Notes under the pieces: generated by a model | Database searches by the model: none | Told to the model about the DNA's origin: nothing | Seen by the model: the letters and a program-made list of their open reading frames with translations, nothing else | Translations under genes and position numbers: made by a program | In this document: piece after piece, positions 12,328 to 23,912 of the stretch | How positions within the stretch are numbered: the stretch's first letter is position 1 | Layout of the letters: each line of letters begins with the position of its first letter | Assembly: GCF_021869535.1 (NCBI RefSeq) | Contig: NW_026262734.1 | Location: 65,782,001-65,846,000, forward strand | Reading direction: 5' to 3' | DNA: 64,000 nucleotides | Source of the DNA: Mytilus californianus | Lineage: Eukaryota

Positions 12328-13336
12328 TTTTTTTTATGCCCCCGCCGTAGCGGTGGGGGCATTAAGTTTTACCCTTGTCCGTCTGTACGTATGTACGTCC
12401 CATAAGTGGTTTTTAGTTCTCTAACTTAAGTTTGCCTCAACCAAATGTTATGAAACTTATATACAATGCTTATTACCACAAAACACAGATCAAGTTTGAA
12501 TTTTGCTGGCGTCACTTTAACCGTTCTAGAGTTATGCCCCTTTATAAATGGAAAAATTGCAAAATTTTTATTTTCTTCTAAATATCAAGTAATTTTTATA
12601 AATTTGGAGTTATCTTCCTTTGTCCATGATTATAGTTGAATCAACTACAATCAATGCTTTATACAATGCAATGTTTAATTTTGACTTCCACTGATAAAAC
12701 ACAGATCAAGTTGAATTTGGGTATTGTCACTTTAACCATTATTGAGTTATGCCCCTTTATAAATCGAAAGATTGCAAAATTTTTAGTTTCCATTCTGTAA
12801 CTCAAGTTTGCCCCTACAAAAAATTATGAAACCTATACACAATATTCATTACCACAAAAATAAGATCAAGTACAAATTTTTTGTTTCCGTTTTCTAACTT
12901 TAGTTTGCCTCAACCAAATGTTATGAAACTTATACACAATGCTTATTACTACATAATACAGATTAAGTACGAAATTTGGTGGGGACACTTTTACCATTCT
13001 TGAGTTATGTCCCTCTATAAACATAAAAATTGCTGAATTTTTCGTTTCCGTTCTCTAACTTTAGTTTGTCTCAACCAAATGTTAGAAAACTTATACACAA
13101 CCGTTCTAGAGTTATGCTTGTTTACAAATAGAAAAATTGCTGAATTTTTAGTTTCTGTTCTCTACTTAAGTTAGCCTCAACCAAATGTTATAAGACTTAC
13201 ACACAATGCTTATTACCACAAAACTCAGATCAAGTTCAAATTTGGGTAGCGTCACTTTTACCGTTCTTCTGTTATGTCCCTTTATAACTATATGATATGC
13301 AAGCGGGGGCATCATCTGTGTCCACACTATCCACAT
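12328..13336 (+). mobile_element. Helentron-associated non-autonomous element (HINE/DINE-1-like) with internal tandem array
   Basis: 5' hairpin atgcccccgcc..ggtgggggcat, then a GTCC/GTAC microsatellite, then about 5-6 degenerate internal repeats (ctaact..tttgcctcaaccaaatgttatgaaactta..), then the 3' inverted repeat gcgggggcat and a terminal stem-loop. Confidence 0.75.
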
Positions 13337-13356
13337 TTATTTATTTATCATTTCAG

Positions 13357-13671
13357 ATAACCAAAGATACGACAGATTTGTTTATAGAGGTGACCAGCCA
13401 TTTAAACCTTGACACGTGTAAGAAGGTCATGGATGAATTGTTGTATCGGATGTTAGAAATGGGTCTTGGTACACCAAAACCAGAAGAGGAGGGTGCTGAA
13501 GGTGGTACTGGTGATACTGAAACTCAAAATGAGGCTTCAAAAAGAGTTCAGAAGACATTGATAGTGGAACAAGTGCAAATTTTAGATACTGAAGGGAATA
13601 TGAAAGCTGTTTACCCATCGAGGGCTGATTTACCAAATGAAGCTATCAAAATAATAAGAAACTATGACTAA
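13357..13671 (+). CDS. LRRC47: LRRC47 exon 5 (ITKDTTDLFIEVTS...KIIRNYD-stop)
   Basis: Acceptor tcatttcag| at 13356. The frame is the same as ORF 13297..13671, with stop TAA at 13669-13671. The joined CDS is 545 aa. Confidence 0.9.
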   Translation: MTKDTTDLFIEVTSHLNLDTCKKVMDELLYRMLEMGLGTPKPEEEGAEGGTGDTETQNEASKRVQKTLIVEQVQILDTEGNMKAVYPSRADLPNEAIKIIRNYD

Positions 13672-15078
13672 CTAAAAAGAATGGTGATTTTTTTTATCAT
13701 GTTTATTATGAGTATATATTTAGTACAAATTGATTTTTTTCAATAACATAAAATTAGAAATTTCAGATAAAAAGATCTTTAGCTCATGATTATTAAAATA
13801 TCTTATAAATGGAGTGAAAACAATGTAAATTCTGTATGATGAAGTAAGGACAAAAAGGCTCAAATTAAGTTCAAAATTTAATGAAACCATACATGATCTT
13901 TAATTTTCCCTAACATGACTTAGGAAATAGGTGTTCATGAATTTAAAATAAAATTTCCCATTCGTTCAGTTTCCATAGCAACAAAACATGATGACATTAG
14001 TATTTTTGTAAAATGTCTTTATTTTCCTTATTTTGTATCAAACTTTTGAGTTTATTTTGGATTGAAAAATAATGAGCGCATCAAAATTATATTTGGTGGA
14101 ATGATGCACGGTAAATAGCTATAATAAGAAAGCTCTTACAAATAAAAAAAATCTTATTATAAGATGCAGCCAATGTTTCCACCACAGAAATTTGGATAGT
14201 AAACTGTATAAAATTGACACTTTCTTCATTTTTGTGAAATATGTGTATATAACAGTATAATGAGATAATTATGGCATCAAACTTAGTATAAAATCTTTTC
14301 TGATTTATTTAAATTGAAGATTTTATCGTTTCCCTATATTATGAGCAAATTTGAAGTAATTTTCAAAAATCATTTTCAAATATGGGCCTACATTCCCTTT
14401 CTTCTACAGAAGTTTTGAAATGTGTTTATTATTGTAAAAAAATTGACAGCATTAGTATTGCATTAAACAGAATTTCTATATTAAATTTGTTCCCAGTCTT
14501 TATATGCAACATTTCCTTAAATTGTGTTAATTAATTTTCTTTTTGTTATTCCATCACAGTAATAAATGTGCACAGTAATTTTGGAAGTTAAAGTAATTAC
14601 AAGATAAAAATAAACTGTTCTATATATCTTTGTTTTGGATTCTTTAGCTTTAGGTATTTTTCTTACTATGCATTATAGCTTGTAACATGAATTTATATCA
14701 TATTAGTCTCAGATACAACAATATCGGTAGAAGGGGGAGGCATTTTTCTTACCATTATAGCTTAAAACATTAATTTAAATCATTTTTATCTCAGATACAA
14801 GATATTTAATTATTTGGTATACTGTTTTACAGAACATCTATATGTTTAAGTTTCAAACAGAATTTGGGATAAAATTGAGAATGGAAATGGGGAATGTGTC
14901 AAAGAGACAACAACCCGACCAAACAGCAGAAAACAGCCATTCCATCCTCCTCCCCCAATCATCCTTAAAACACATTCAGTTTTACATGAAGAAGTAATTC
15001 TGATAGAGCATGGATATTTTTCATGCTGTTGCATTTCTTTCAATGCATTCAATTAGCCAGCCTCCATGCTTTAATATA

Positions 15079-15297
15079 CTGTGAACCAACTTATTTTCGT
15101 TGGCGATTTATTTTTCTTGACTTTTGCGAGCAGAAAAACAACGTGAATATAAATCGTCACGAATATGTAAAACTTTGATCTTTCCATTTTTAACTTAATC
15201 AAGTAAATTTGAAAACCGTGAAATTAAAAAGCAGCGAAGTGGGCTAGAAAGGGCTAATCATGAAATAAAGTATCTGCAAAAATAAGATGGTTTACAG
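15079..15297. mobile_element. Tc1/mariner-type MITE
   Basis: TA|ctgtgaaccaacttatttt ... aaaataagatggtttacag|TA. Confidence 0.75.
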
Positions 15298-15646
15298 TAT
15301 TCCATTTAATGAGTTTGGGAAGTGTAAGTAAATAAAGAGATATCAACTCCCATATACAACCAATTGATATGACATGTCTCCTGTACTTTTAGTCTTTTGA
15401 ATTTTGCAGTTGAGGCATTCTCTGTGTAAAAAGTTAATTGTACAGATGAAGAATTGAAAACTAGTCAGAATATAGTATTTCATCTGTTTAACAAGGAGGT
15501 GTTCTGTAAAAAAAAATAATTCCATAAAATGCCTCATGCTCAGATCCTATAGAGTCAGTTGTTCTCTCCGTGTTCTTCAGCTTCCTTCACCAAAAAATAA
15601 AAACTGGCCACTATGATATCACTGAGTGTGCTGACAGTGGCATTAA

Positions 15647-15926
15647 GGTGGTACCTAACACTACAGGGAGATAACTGTAAAAATCAGCTGAACGTTTTAA
15701 TCACGTTCTATTGATAAGGAAATATTAAGCTTCTCAATGATCAAAATTAGTGTTTGTCAAACTGCTATATATTCAATGATATATTCAATTTTTCCGATAA
15801 AGTGTGTGGTTGAAGTTTTTTTTAAATTTTTATATTTTCGTCAAAGGGTCAAAGAAAATATTTTGTCAAAATTTTATGAAAATTAAACGAGCCAAATTAA
15901 TTTTCGGCAAGGTGTTTGGTACCACC
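15647..15926. mobile_element. Kolobok-type MITE (TTAA TSD, GG..CC termini), copy 1
   Basis: TTAA|ggtggtacctaacac ... gtgtttggtaccacc|TTAA. Confidence 0.85.
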
Positions 15927-16282
15927 TTAAACACCAAAAATCACTAAGATCATATTTTGGAAGTATCTGATGAATGAGTGCACACAAAGTGCAATGAAGC
16001 TGAACTTTTTAAAACTTCATATCTGTTTATTTTTCTGAGAATAAAAAATTGTTGGTAAAATATGCTAAGATATAGATTTGTTCCCACCTGTTACCATTTT
16101 ACTATACTTTGGCAATGTGCATATATGTTGAGTAATGAACTTACATTTCTTTGAATTGTCTATTCAAAACCACTTGTTAATTTTCTATTTGTATGTACAT
16201 GTATGTAGTTTACATGAGATAAAAGCTACTCCTAAATTGATAACATAAGCACCAATTATTGCAGTAACACATTTATAATATA

Positions 16283-16850
16283 AAGTACATTAAAATGGTT
16301 ACATTAAATATCTAGTACATTAAAATGGTTACATTATCTAGTACATTAAAATGGTTACATTACATGTATTTAGTACATTCAAATGGTTACATGTATCTAG
16401 TACATTCAAATGGTTACATGTATCTAGTACATTCAAATGGTTACATGTATCTAGTACATTCAAATGGTTACATGTATCTAGTACATTCAAATGGTTACAT
16501 TATGTAGTACATTAAAACAGTTACAGAATCTAGTACATTAAAATGATTACATTATCTAGTACATTAATACAGTTACAGAATCTAGTACATTAAAATGATT
16601 ACATTATCTAGTACATTTATACAGTTACAGAATCTAGTACATTAAAATGATTACATTATCTAGTACATTAAAATGATTTCATTATCTAGTACATTAATAC
16701 AGTTACAGAATCTAGTACATTAAAATGGTTACATTATCTAGTACATTTATACAGTTACAGAATCTAGTACATTAAAATGATTACATTATCTAGTACATTA
16801 AAATGATTACATTATCTAGTACATTAATAAAGTTACAGAATCCAGTACAC
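16283..16850 (+). repeat. 26-27-bp minisatellite with zonal and higher-order variants
   Basis: Core tctagtacatt, with three unit types (see findings). Confidence 0.92.
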
Positions 16851-17126
16851 TAATACATTTATGGTGTGCAGTACATTTTACATTAATTTTTGTACAGCAT
16901 GTTTATTCAAACATTTACAGTATCTAGAAAATAGTTTTGTTATAGATATACTTACACTATTCTCCTTGTTGTACTAAAATGTTTTTAAAATTAGTGCTAC
17001 TTCAATAAAATATTTATATTGTTCTACAATATTCTGTTTTCATTTAAAATGCTGTCAAAAATTCAAAAGTTTAAATTATAGACGGCTACAAAGATAATAA
17101 TCAGACAAGTGTTTTTTCCCTTATAA

Positions 17127-17265
17127 GTTATATGGTTCGCTACTGACCCCCTACTGATCCATAGAGGGTTAGTAAAATCCATAGGGGGTGAGGCCGAAGG
17201 CCAAATCACTATGGATTTTATTCACCCTCTATGGTCGGTAGGGGGTCAGTAGTGAACCGTATAAC
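17127..17265. repeat. Fold-back with arms of about 58 bp
   Basis: gttatatggttcgctactgacccccta..aaatccatag / ctatggatttt..tagggggtcagtagtgaaccgtataac, with a ggcc-gaa-ggcc mini-hairpin in the loop. Confidence 0.85.
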
Positions 17266-19660
17266 GAATTTATCGCACACGGGACTTTTCTGCTGCGTTT
17301 TGTAGAAAAATAAACAATGAAACACAACAACATTAATAGATGACGTCACCATTTACAGTAGACGTGACGTCAAGAACCCCCTATGAAATTTACTAACCCC
17401 CAAAGGATCCATAGGGGGTCACCACGTGACGTCGTTAAACCAATCACAACATGATAATTTACCCGCGGTGCGATAATAATTTTTAGGGTCGGCTTATTTT
17501 AAGAAGTAGAAAGTAGAGGGTAAAAGATTGGCAAAGTTTTTATCTAATTACATTTATAATTGACCAAAAGACAGCCAAAGGCTATTTAGCTGTCTACTTG
17601 TTTGTCAGGAAAATACTTGACAGCAAAAGGATAATTCAGATTATGTTAAAATTGGACCCCAGATTGAGTTTGTTCTAAAATATCTCATCTGATATTTTCA
17701 TTTATACCTTTAAAAAAAGGTAAATAAGCACCCTATTAATAAAAGGATAAATTAAAAGTACACACTTACCCAACCCCTTTCCCTTTAAGCGTCTTCTATG
17801 TGAGGATAATTATTTTCATATAATTATCAACTGTGATATGGAATCAAAAAATACATTTCTAAACATATATATTACTATGTCCTCCTTTTCAACTTTATGG
17901 AACAAACAGAAAAAAATGATTGTTCAAACAATGGTCATTTTGGTCAAGTAAGACCTGAATTTAATTTTACCATTCTCCATAATAGATTTGCTGTAGTGTA
18001 CATCCTTCCTTCATATAGTTTTATTTCTGGACCTCAAGAAAAAACAAATGGCCATGACTCTGGATTCTGCAGCATTTTCATTTTTGTAGAAAGTTTAAGA
18101 CCTATTTAATCATTTGTTAAATTACAAGTATTCTTTTTTTCCCGACTTTTGTGACATTTAGGCCCTTATCAGGTACTTCTGAATGGACTATATATGTTGG
18201 TAATAACTTGAACTGTGTGAGACAATTTTATTTTGTAAAACTGATTTCTGCTTGTCACCTTTTGGAACAGTATTTGATGATCTTTAAAGACCATTCTAGA
18301 TTACTTTACTAAAATAATGTAAAAAGTAACATTTTAATACTAAATTCATGTCAGAGATTTTTGATTAATATTTATTTAGCATTTGTAGTGCAACAAAGAA
18401 GCAACAGATACCAAATGGTCATTCAAAACTCATAAGTCAGAGAGCATATGACAATGGCATGGCAAAAACACTACATATAAATCTTAAGACTGAGCAATGC
18501 AAACTCAAGCAAAAATTTTGGATGATCTCAGATGCTCTGAAAGAGTAAACTTTTAATCTTTAAACGGTTGACAGCAATATATTAATCAATGTGGTTCTTG
18601 TAGGAGATCGATGTATGGTATACATCAGTTATGCTGCCATCTAAATGTCTATTGGTTATTTTGTCGTTTGAGTTGCTGTCTAACAACTCAATAGACAAAA
18701 TAACGAATAGACATTTAGATGGCAGCATACAGTATTCAACAATATTCCGGTGTCCATACAGTATATTAAGCACTTAACCGTCCAAGTCTTAAAAGTTGTT
18801 ATTTTTTCTTTAATCAAACTATAAAACAAGAGTGCACACGCTGAAATGGCTCCCCTGCTTAAATGACCATTGATTTTATGTTGAAAGTCTTACAAGATAA
18901 AGGTTTTACTACAAGCATCACATAAACTTAACATTTTTAAAGAACCATGACAATGAGATCAAGGTCAGACAAATCCTGTCAGACAGACATATACACCTAA
19001 CAATTATTCCATACACCAAACAGAGTTGACCTATTGCTTATGGTATTTGAAAAACAGACCGAAACACGAAAACTTAACATTGACCAATGAAGCATGAAAA
19101 TGAGGTAAAGGTCAGATGATACCTGCCAGACAGACTTTTACACCTCACACCAATTCCATACACCAAATATAGATGACCTACTGCTTATAGTATTTGAAAA
19201 ACAAACCAAAACACAATAACTAAACATTGACCAATGAACCATGAAAATGTGTTCAAGGTCAGATGATACTTGCCAGACATACATGTACACCTTACAATCA
19301 TTCCATCCTCCATATAAAGTTAACTTATTGCTTATAGGATCTTATAGTACTTGAAGAAACTTGCCAGACTGACATCATGTATCCCTTACAATCATTTTAT
19401 ACACCATATATAGTTGACCTACTGCTTATAATATCTGAGAAACTTGACCTAATCACGTAACTTTAACCCTGATCAATGATCCATAAAATGAGATTGAGGT
19501 CAGGTGAACCCTATCTGACGGACATGAAGACGTTGCAAGGAACCTAGATACCAAATACAGTTATTTTGTTACTCATAATAAGTGAGAAATTCACATGACA
19601 AAACAAAAATTCTAGCTGTCACTGAACAATGAAAATGAGGTCAAGGACAATGGACATATG

Positions 19661-20088
19661 TTAAGCCTTTTTCAAGCCTTTTCAACTGATTTTTATAGTT
19701 TGTTCTAATGTTGTACTGTTACACCATTGTCCCAGGTTAGGGGAGGGTTGGGCGCCCGCTAACATGTTTAACACCGCCACATTCTGTATGTATGTGCCTG
19801 TCCCAAGTCAGGAGCCTGTAATTCAGTGGTTGTCTTTTGTTTCTGTGTATCATATTTGTTTTTCGTTCATTATTTTGTTCATAAATTAGGCGGCCGTTAA
19901 TTTTCTCGTTTGAATTGTATTACATTTGTCATTTCGGGGCCTATTGTAGCTGACTATTCGGTATGGGTTTTGCTCATTGTTGAAGGCCGTACGGTGACCT
20001 ATAGTTGTTAATTTCTGTGTCATTTGGTCTTTTGTGGAGAATTGTCTCGTTGGCAATTATACCACATCTTGTTATTTTTGTATATATG
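19661..20088 (+). repeat. Interspersed repeat family A, inserted in a HINE-like element
   Basis: Diagnostic ttgaaggccgtacggtgacctatagttg..ggagagttgtctcattggcaatcataccacatc block. Other copies or tails lie at about 3331-3462, 34455-34620(-), 36480-37100, 45700-46226, 57500-57655, 60108-60160(-) and 63340-63595. Confidence 0.85.
19733..19818 (+). ncRNA. Degenerate twister-like core (family A)
   Basis: CAGGT..GAGGG..T^AA CACC GCC ACAT..ATGT GCCTGT CCC AAG TCAGG A GCCTG. P2 is damaged (CACC against AGGG). Confidence 0.5.
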
Positions 20089-20917
20089 ACAGACAGAAAT
20101 TTCGTAACATAATGTATATGCATACAAGGTATGAATCATCCGGGTAATATAAAGCTTTATACAAATAGTTTACACCGACGACGCCGCCAGATAGTCACCC
20201 TAATGTCAAGCATACTGCGATTTTCATCGTAGGCGACACAAAAACTAAAAATTCCCCAAATAACAAACCCATTGAAATATGACTTAAGACAACCACTGAT
20301 GGGAAAGGCACATAAATATCTAGTTTTTTAAATCTCAATCCTACCCCTTTTTAATCTCATGCAATTAGTTGTACATAAGAAGACCACGTATGTACTTGTT
20401 ATATTAACAATGGACAATGCAGGATTTAACTGAAAAGTTTAATATATTGCGATGTTTTTTGCATTTATTTAATAAAAACTCATGGCATTTATTTTTGAAT
20501 TTATATTATGACATTATTTTCAAATAATTTTACTTAATTGGTTGTGGCCTTAAAATAAAAAATGGTTATATTATTGCAGATTCACGTTCGGGCTAATTGG
20601 TGTAAAATTTGGACAAAACATGTGTTACGTTTAGGCCAATGGCAAGTCGACATTTGGGCTAATCCTCCCATTCAAAGGTAAAATACATGTACAATATCTA
20701 TATTCTAATTATATATTTATATTCTATTATATATGTAATAAATGACATTCTATGTATAACATGTTCTTATTTTATATACAATTCTGTTTGCCAGACAGTA
20801 TCTGCTCCTTGGTCACCACGCGGTTGTGAAAGTAGGATTTTGAGCGAGACAAGTCTTTATAGCACTAAATATTGTTTAAACAATGTACAACATGAAGGTA
20901 TAAAACAGCTATGTTAA

Positions 20918-21201
20918 GGTGGTACCTAACACTACAGGGAGATAACTCAAGTAAAAGGGAGTAAAATCAGCTAAACGTTTTAATTACGTTGTGTTGTTAA
21001 GGGAATATTAAGCTTCTCAATGATCAAAGTTAGTGTTTGTCAAACTGCTATATAACCAGTCTAATTTTTCTGATAAATTGGTTGGTTCAAATTTTTTGAA
21101 ATTTTTATATTTTTGTCAAAGGGTCGAAGTAAATACTTTGTCAAAATTTTATGAAAATTAAACGAGCCAAATTAATTTTAGTGAAGGTGTTGGGTACCAC
21201 C
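20918..21201. mobile_element. Kolobok-type MITE, copy 2
   Basis: TTAA|ggtggtacctaacac ... gtgttgggtaccacc|TTAA. Highly similar to 15647-15926. Confidence 0.85.
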
Positions 21202-21623
21202 TTAAGTTACAAAGGAAATCCAATAGATTTTTCTCAAAGTTTGAAACTGGTCCTAAATTTTAATCTAACAGCCTTTAAAAACTGTGTGATACTGTGATAC
21301 TGGCTGATGTTCACTGTAAACTCATTTCATTTAAATGGTGTAAAACTTCACGTTTCTTTTCTTTTCAAACTAGCATGGTTTCCCAAGACCAGATTTTTAA
21401 GTAGGTAGTATTTTCCTATTCAATTTGTTATATATTTCATATCAAATAGTGATATAGATAAACGTTACCTGTAATTTACCCACAAAACACAAAAACGTTC
21501 AGGAAATGTTCCTGGAACGTTTCTGTTTTGTTGTGAGAACGTTGTGATTTAACGTTGTGGGAACATTAAAGTGTGGACTACCAGTTACATTATAAAAACG
21601 TTATGATATAACGTTATAAAAAA

Positions 21624-21891
21624 CCAATCTGGAACCTTAATAGAACCTTGTGTTACCAATCTTGAACCTTAATAGAACCTTGTGTAACCAATCTGGAACC
21701 TTGATAGAACCTTGTGTAACCAATCTGGAACCTTAATAGAACCTTGTGTAACCAATCTTGAACCTTAATAGAACCTTGTGTAACCAATCTGGAACCTTGA
21801 TAGAACCTTGTGTAACCAATCTGGAACCTTGATAGAACCTTGTGTAACCAATCTGGAACCTACATAGAACCGTGTGTTACAAATCTGGAAC
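21624..21891 (+). repeat. 32-bp minisatellite (ccaatctggaaccttaatagaaccttgtgtaa, about 8 copies)
   Basis: Head-to-tail units with no spacers. Confidence 0.95.
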
Positions 21892-23247
21892 CCAAATTTA
21901 ACCTAGTCCCAGACAACATTTGTATGTTGGCAACAACAATGGCCCAACGTATCTACATTCATTGGCCCAACGTTGTTTTTCTCTCCATCTTCCTGAAAAT
22001 GCATGAAAATTTTGCCACTTGACGTTTATAAGCAACCAACAATCAATCAATCTTTCTCTCCAGGAATTGTACTGTAGAATTTTACCCATATTTGAATGAA
22101 TTCAATCAACACATCCATGTTACCTATTGTTCTTAAATAATGAACACAAAGGTATGAATACTAGTATATATAATCTATTTTAGCTAGACAACCAGCAAAT
22201 TGTTAAAAGTTTTTATGTATCTACACGTTGCTAAATCAGATCTAGAATAAATATTATCTATTCATGGTGATTCATTTCTATATAAGTAATTCACTTGATA
22301 CAGTTATTTTCATAGTTCTGTATTCTAACATGGTTTTATTCACAAACTGCCCCTGTAATAAAGTAATGAATAAATGAGTACTCAACGTATACTTCTTACG
22401 AATATACTAGATCCTAAAAAAGAAGCAAAAAGACAAAAAAAACATTGTTTCCGGTATCCTGGCACAACAAAATATGATAAATAGGTAGAGAAATACTCTT
22501 TTTTCAATATTTTACCTAGACTATACAAGGCACACCAATAGGCATGCTTTACCATAATGGTAAGACTTCACCGTGCAAGCTAAAGGTAAGAAGGGAAATT
22601 GAGGGTAGATATGGATACAGGAAACAGAACCATGTCAAAAAACATTCTAACTAAATTAATAATTCTAGTGACAAAAATACGAAGTCAAATCTAAATACAA
22701 CGGCATTAACGGTAATATAAAACATTTTATGCATATATATTTTCGAATTTTGAATCCGATGTGGCATAAAGGATGGCTATTATGTTACTAACACAAAGTA
22801 ATTCATTCTGCATTTTGTCCCATTTCCATTTCCATGCATTTTCTAGCCAGAATATTGTCTATGGTAAAAAAAAATTAACTAACGAATTCTTTTATATTTG
22901 TATGAAGTAGAAATAATTAATCAACATTTCTGAAACAGTACGTAACAATTTAAGGTACATTCTTAAACAGACTGTTCCGTTGATAATGGTTATCAATGCA
23001 ATGTTCATATTTAACAAAGATTTTAAAAAATAAAATATCAAAATATTGGTAATATACAATTTTTTTAATATGATACTAATGTTCAGTGGCAAATTTTCAT
23101 GTTTATTTAGGATTAAAAATGATTTAAACAAAATCTATTTCACCCGAAACGTAAGATCAACGTACTAAAATGATAGAAATTATAGGTTTTATTTGTGAAC
23201 AACATCCCTTAGATTAAAAAACATATTGTATTTGTCATTCATAATCT

Positions 23248-23272
23248 TATATATATATATATATATATATAT
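23248..23272. repeat. (TA)n microsatellite
   Basis: Direct reading. Confidence 0.95.
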
Positions 23273-23912
23273 CAGAATTTTTAAAGTAACAACTTACATG
23301 TTTCTTTCTCTTTAGATGATGTGAATTCCTCTTTTTGTTTTCTTTGTTATCACTGCTTTCTTACAAATACACGACAGCAACTATCTTTGAAATTTGTCTA
23401 ACATCTGGTCAACCTTATCAGAATACGCTTGATTAACACAATGGCTGTATCAAATACCATTCTGTATATATAATTTCTTATTATGTTTCACAAATTAAAG
23501 TTGAATGGAAAAAGTAATAATAAATAATGAGAATAATAAAATTAAACTTTTAATCAGGCAATTTATGTTTAAGGAATAAAAGTTAGTTTTTTTTATTACA
23601 GTATTGGTGTATGAGGAGTTTCAAAAACTATCAGCATTGACTATCTTAAACAAAATAAAGGTTTGATTAATATGCATGATGGCAAACATCTTACTTAATT
23701 GCATTTTTGGCTATTAATTTAATAAAAAAAATTTGGAAAGATTAAATTTTCTAAAAATGAGGAACAGTGTACGAACGTTTTAAGACTGTTAGTAACGTTA
23801 AACAGTAACTAATATTCAACGTTTCTACAACGTACTATTTGTAACATAACCAAAATGAAACTTCCACACAACGTTAAAAAAAACGTTCCTAGAACGTTGA
23901 ATTGTAACGTTT

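Larger units (their letters stand above)
18826..20245 (+). mobile_element. Second HINE-like family with an internal repeat of about 148 bp, split by a family A insertion
   Basis: Starts aacaagagtgcacacgc. Units begin at about 18941, 19088 and 19237. An (acg)-type microsatellite and the terminal ..aggcgacacaaaaa lie at 20175-20245. Confidence 0.6.

Noticed and set aside
13297-13356. ATG at 13297 as the start of a separate gene
   Set aside because: It lies in the HINE-like element end and intron. The real coding part is LRRC47 exon 5.
21624-21891. 32-bp repeats as a CRISPR array (also the 41-bp and 20-bp arrays)
   Set aside because: The units are head-to-tail with no unique spacers, there are no cas genes, and the context is a eukaryotic intron/TE landscape.
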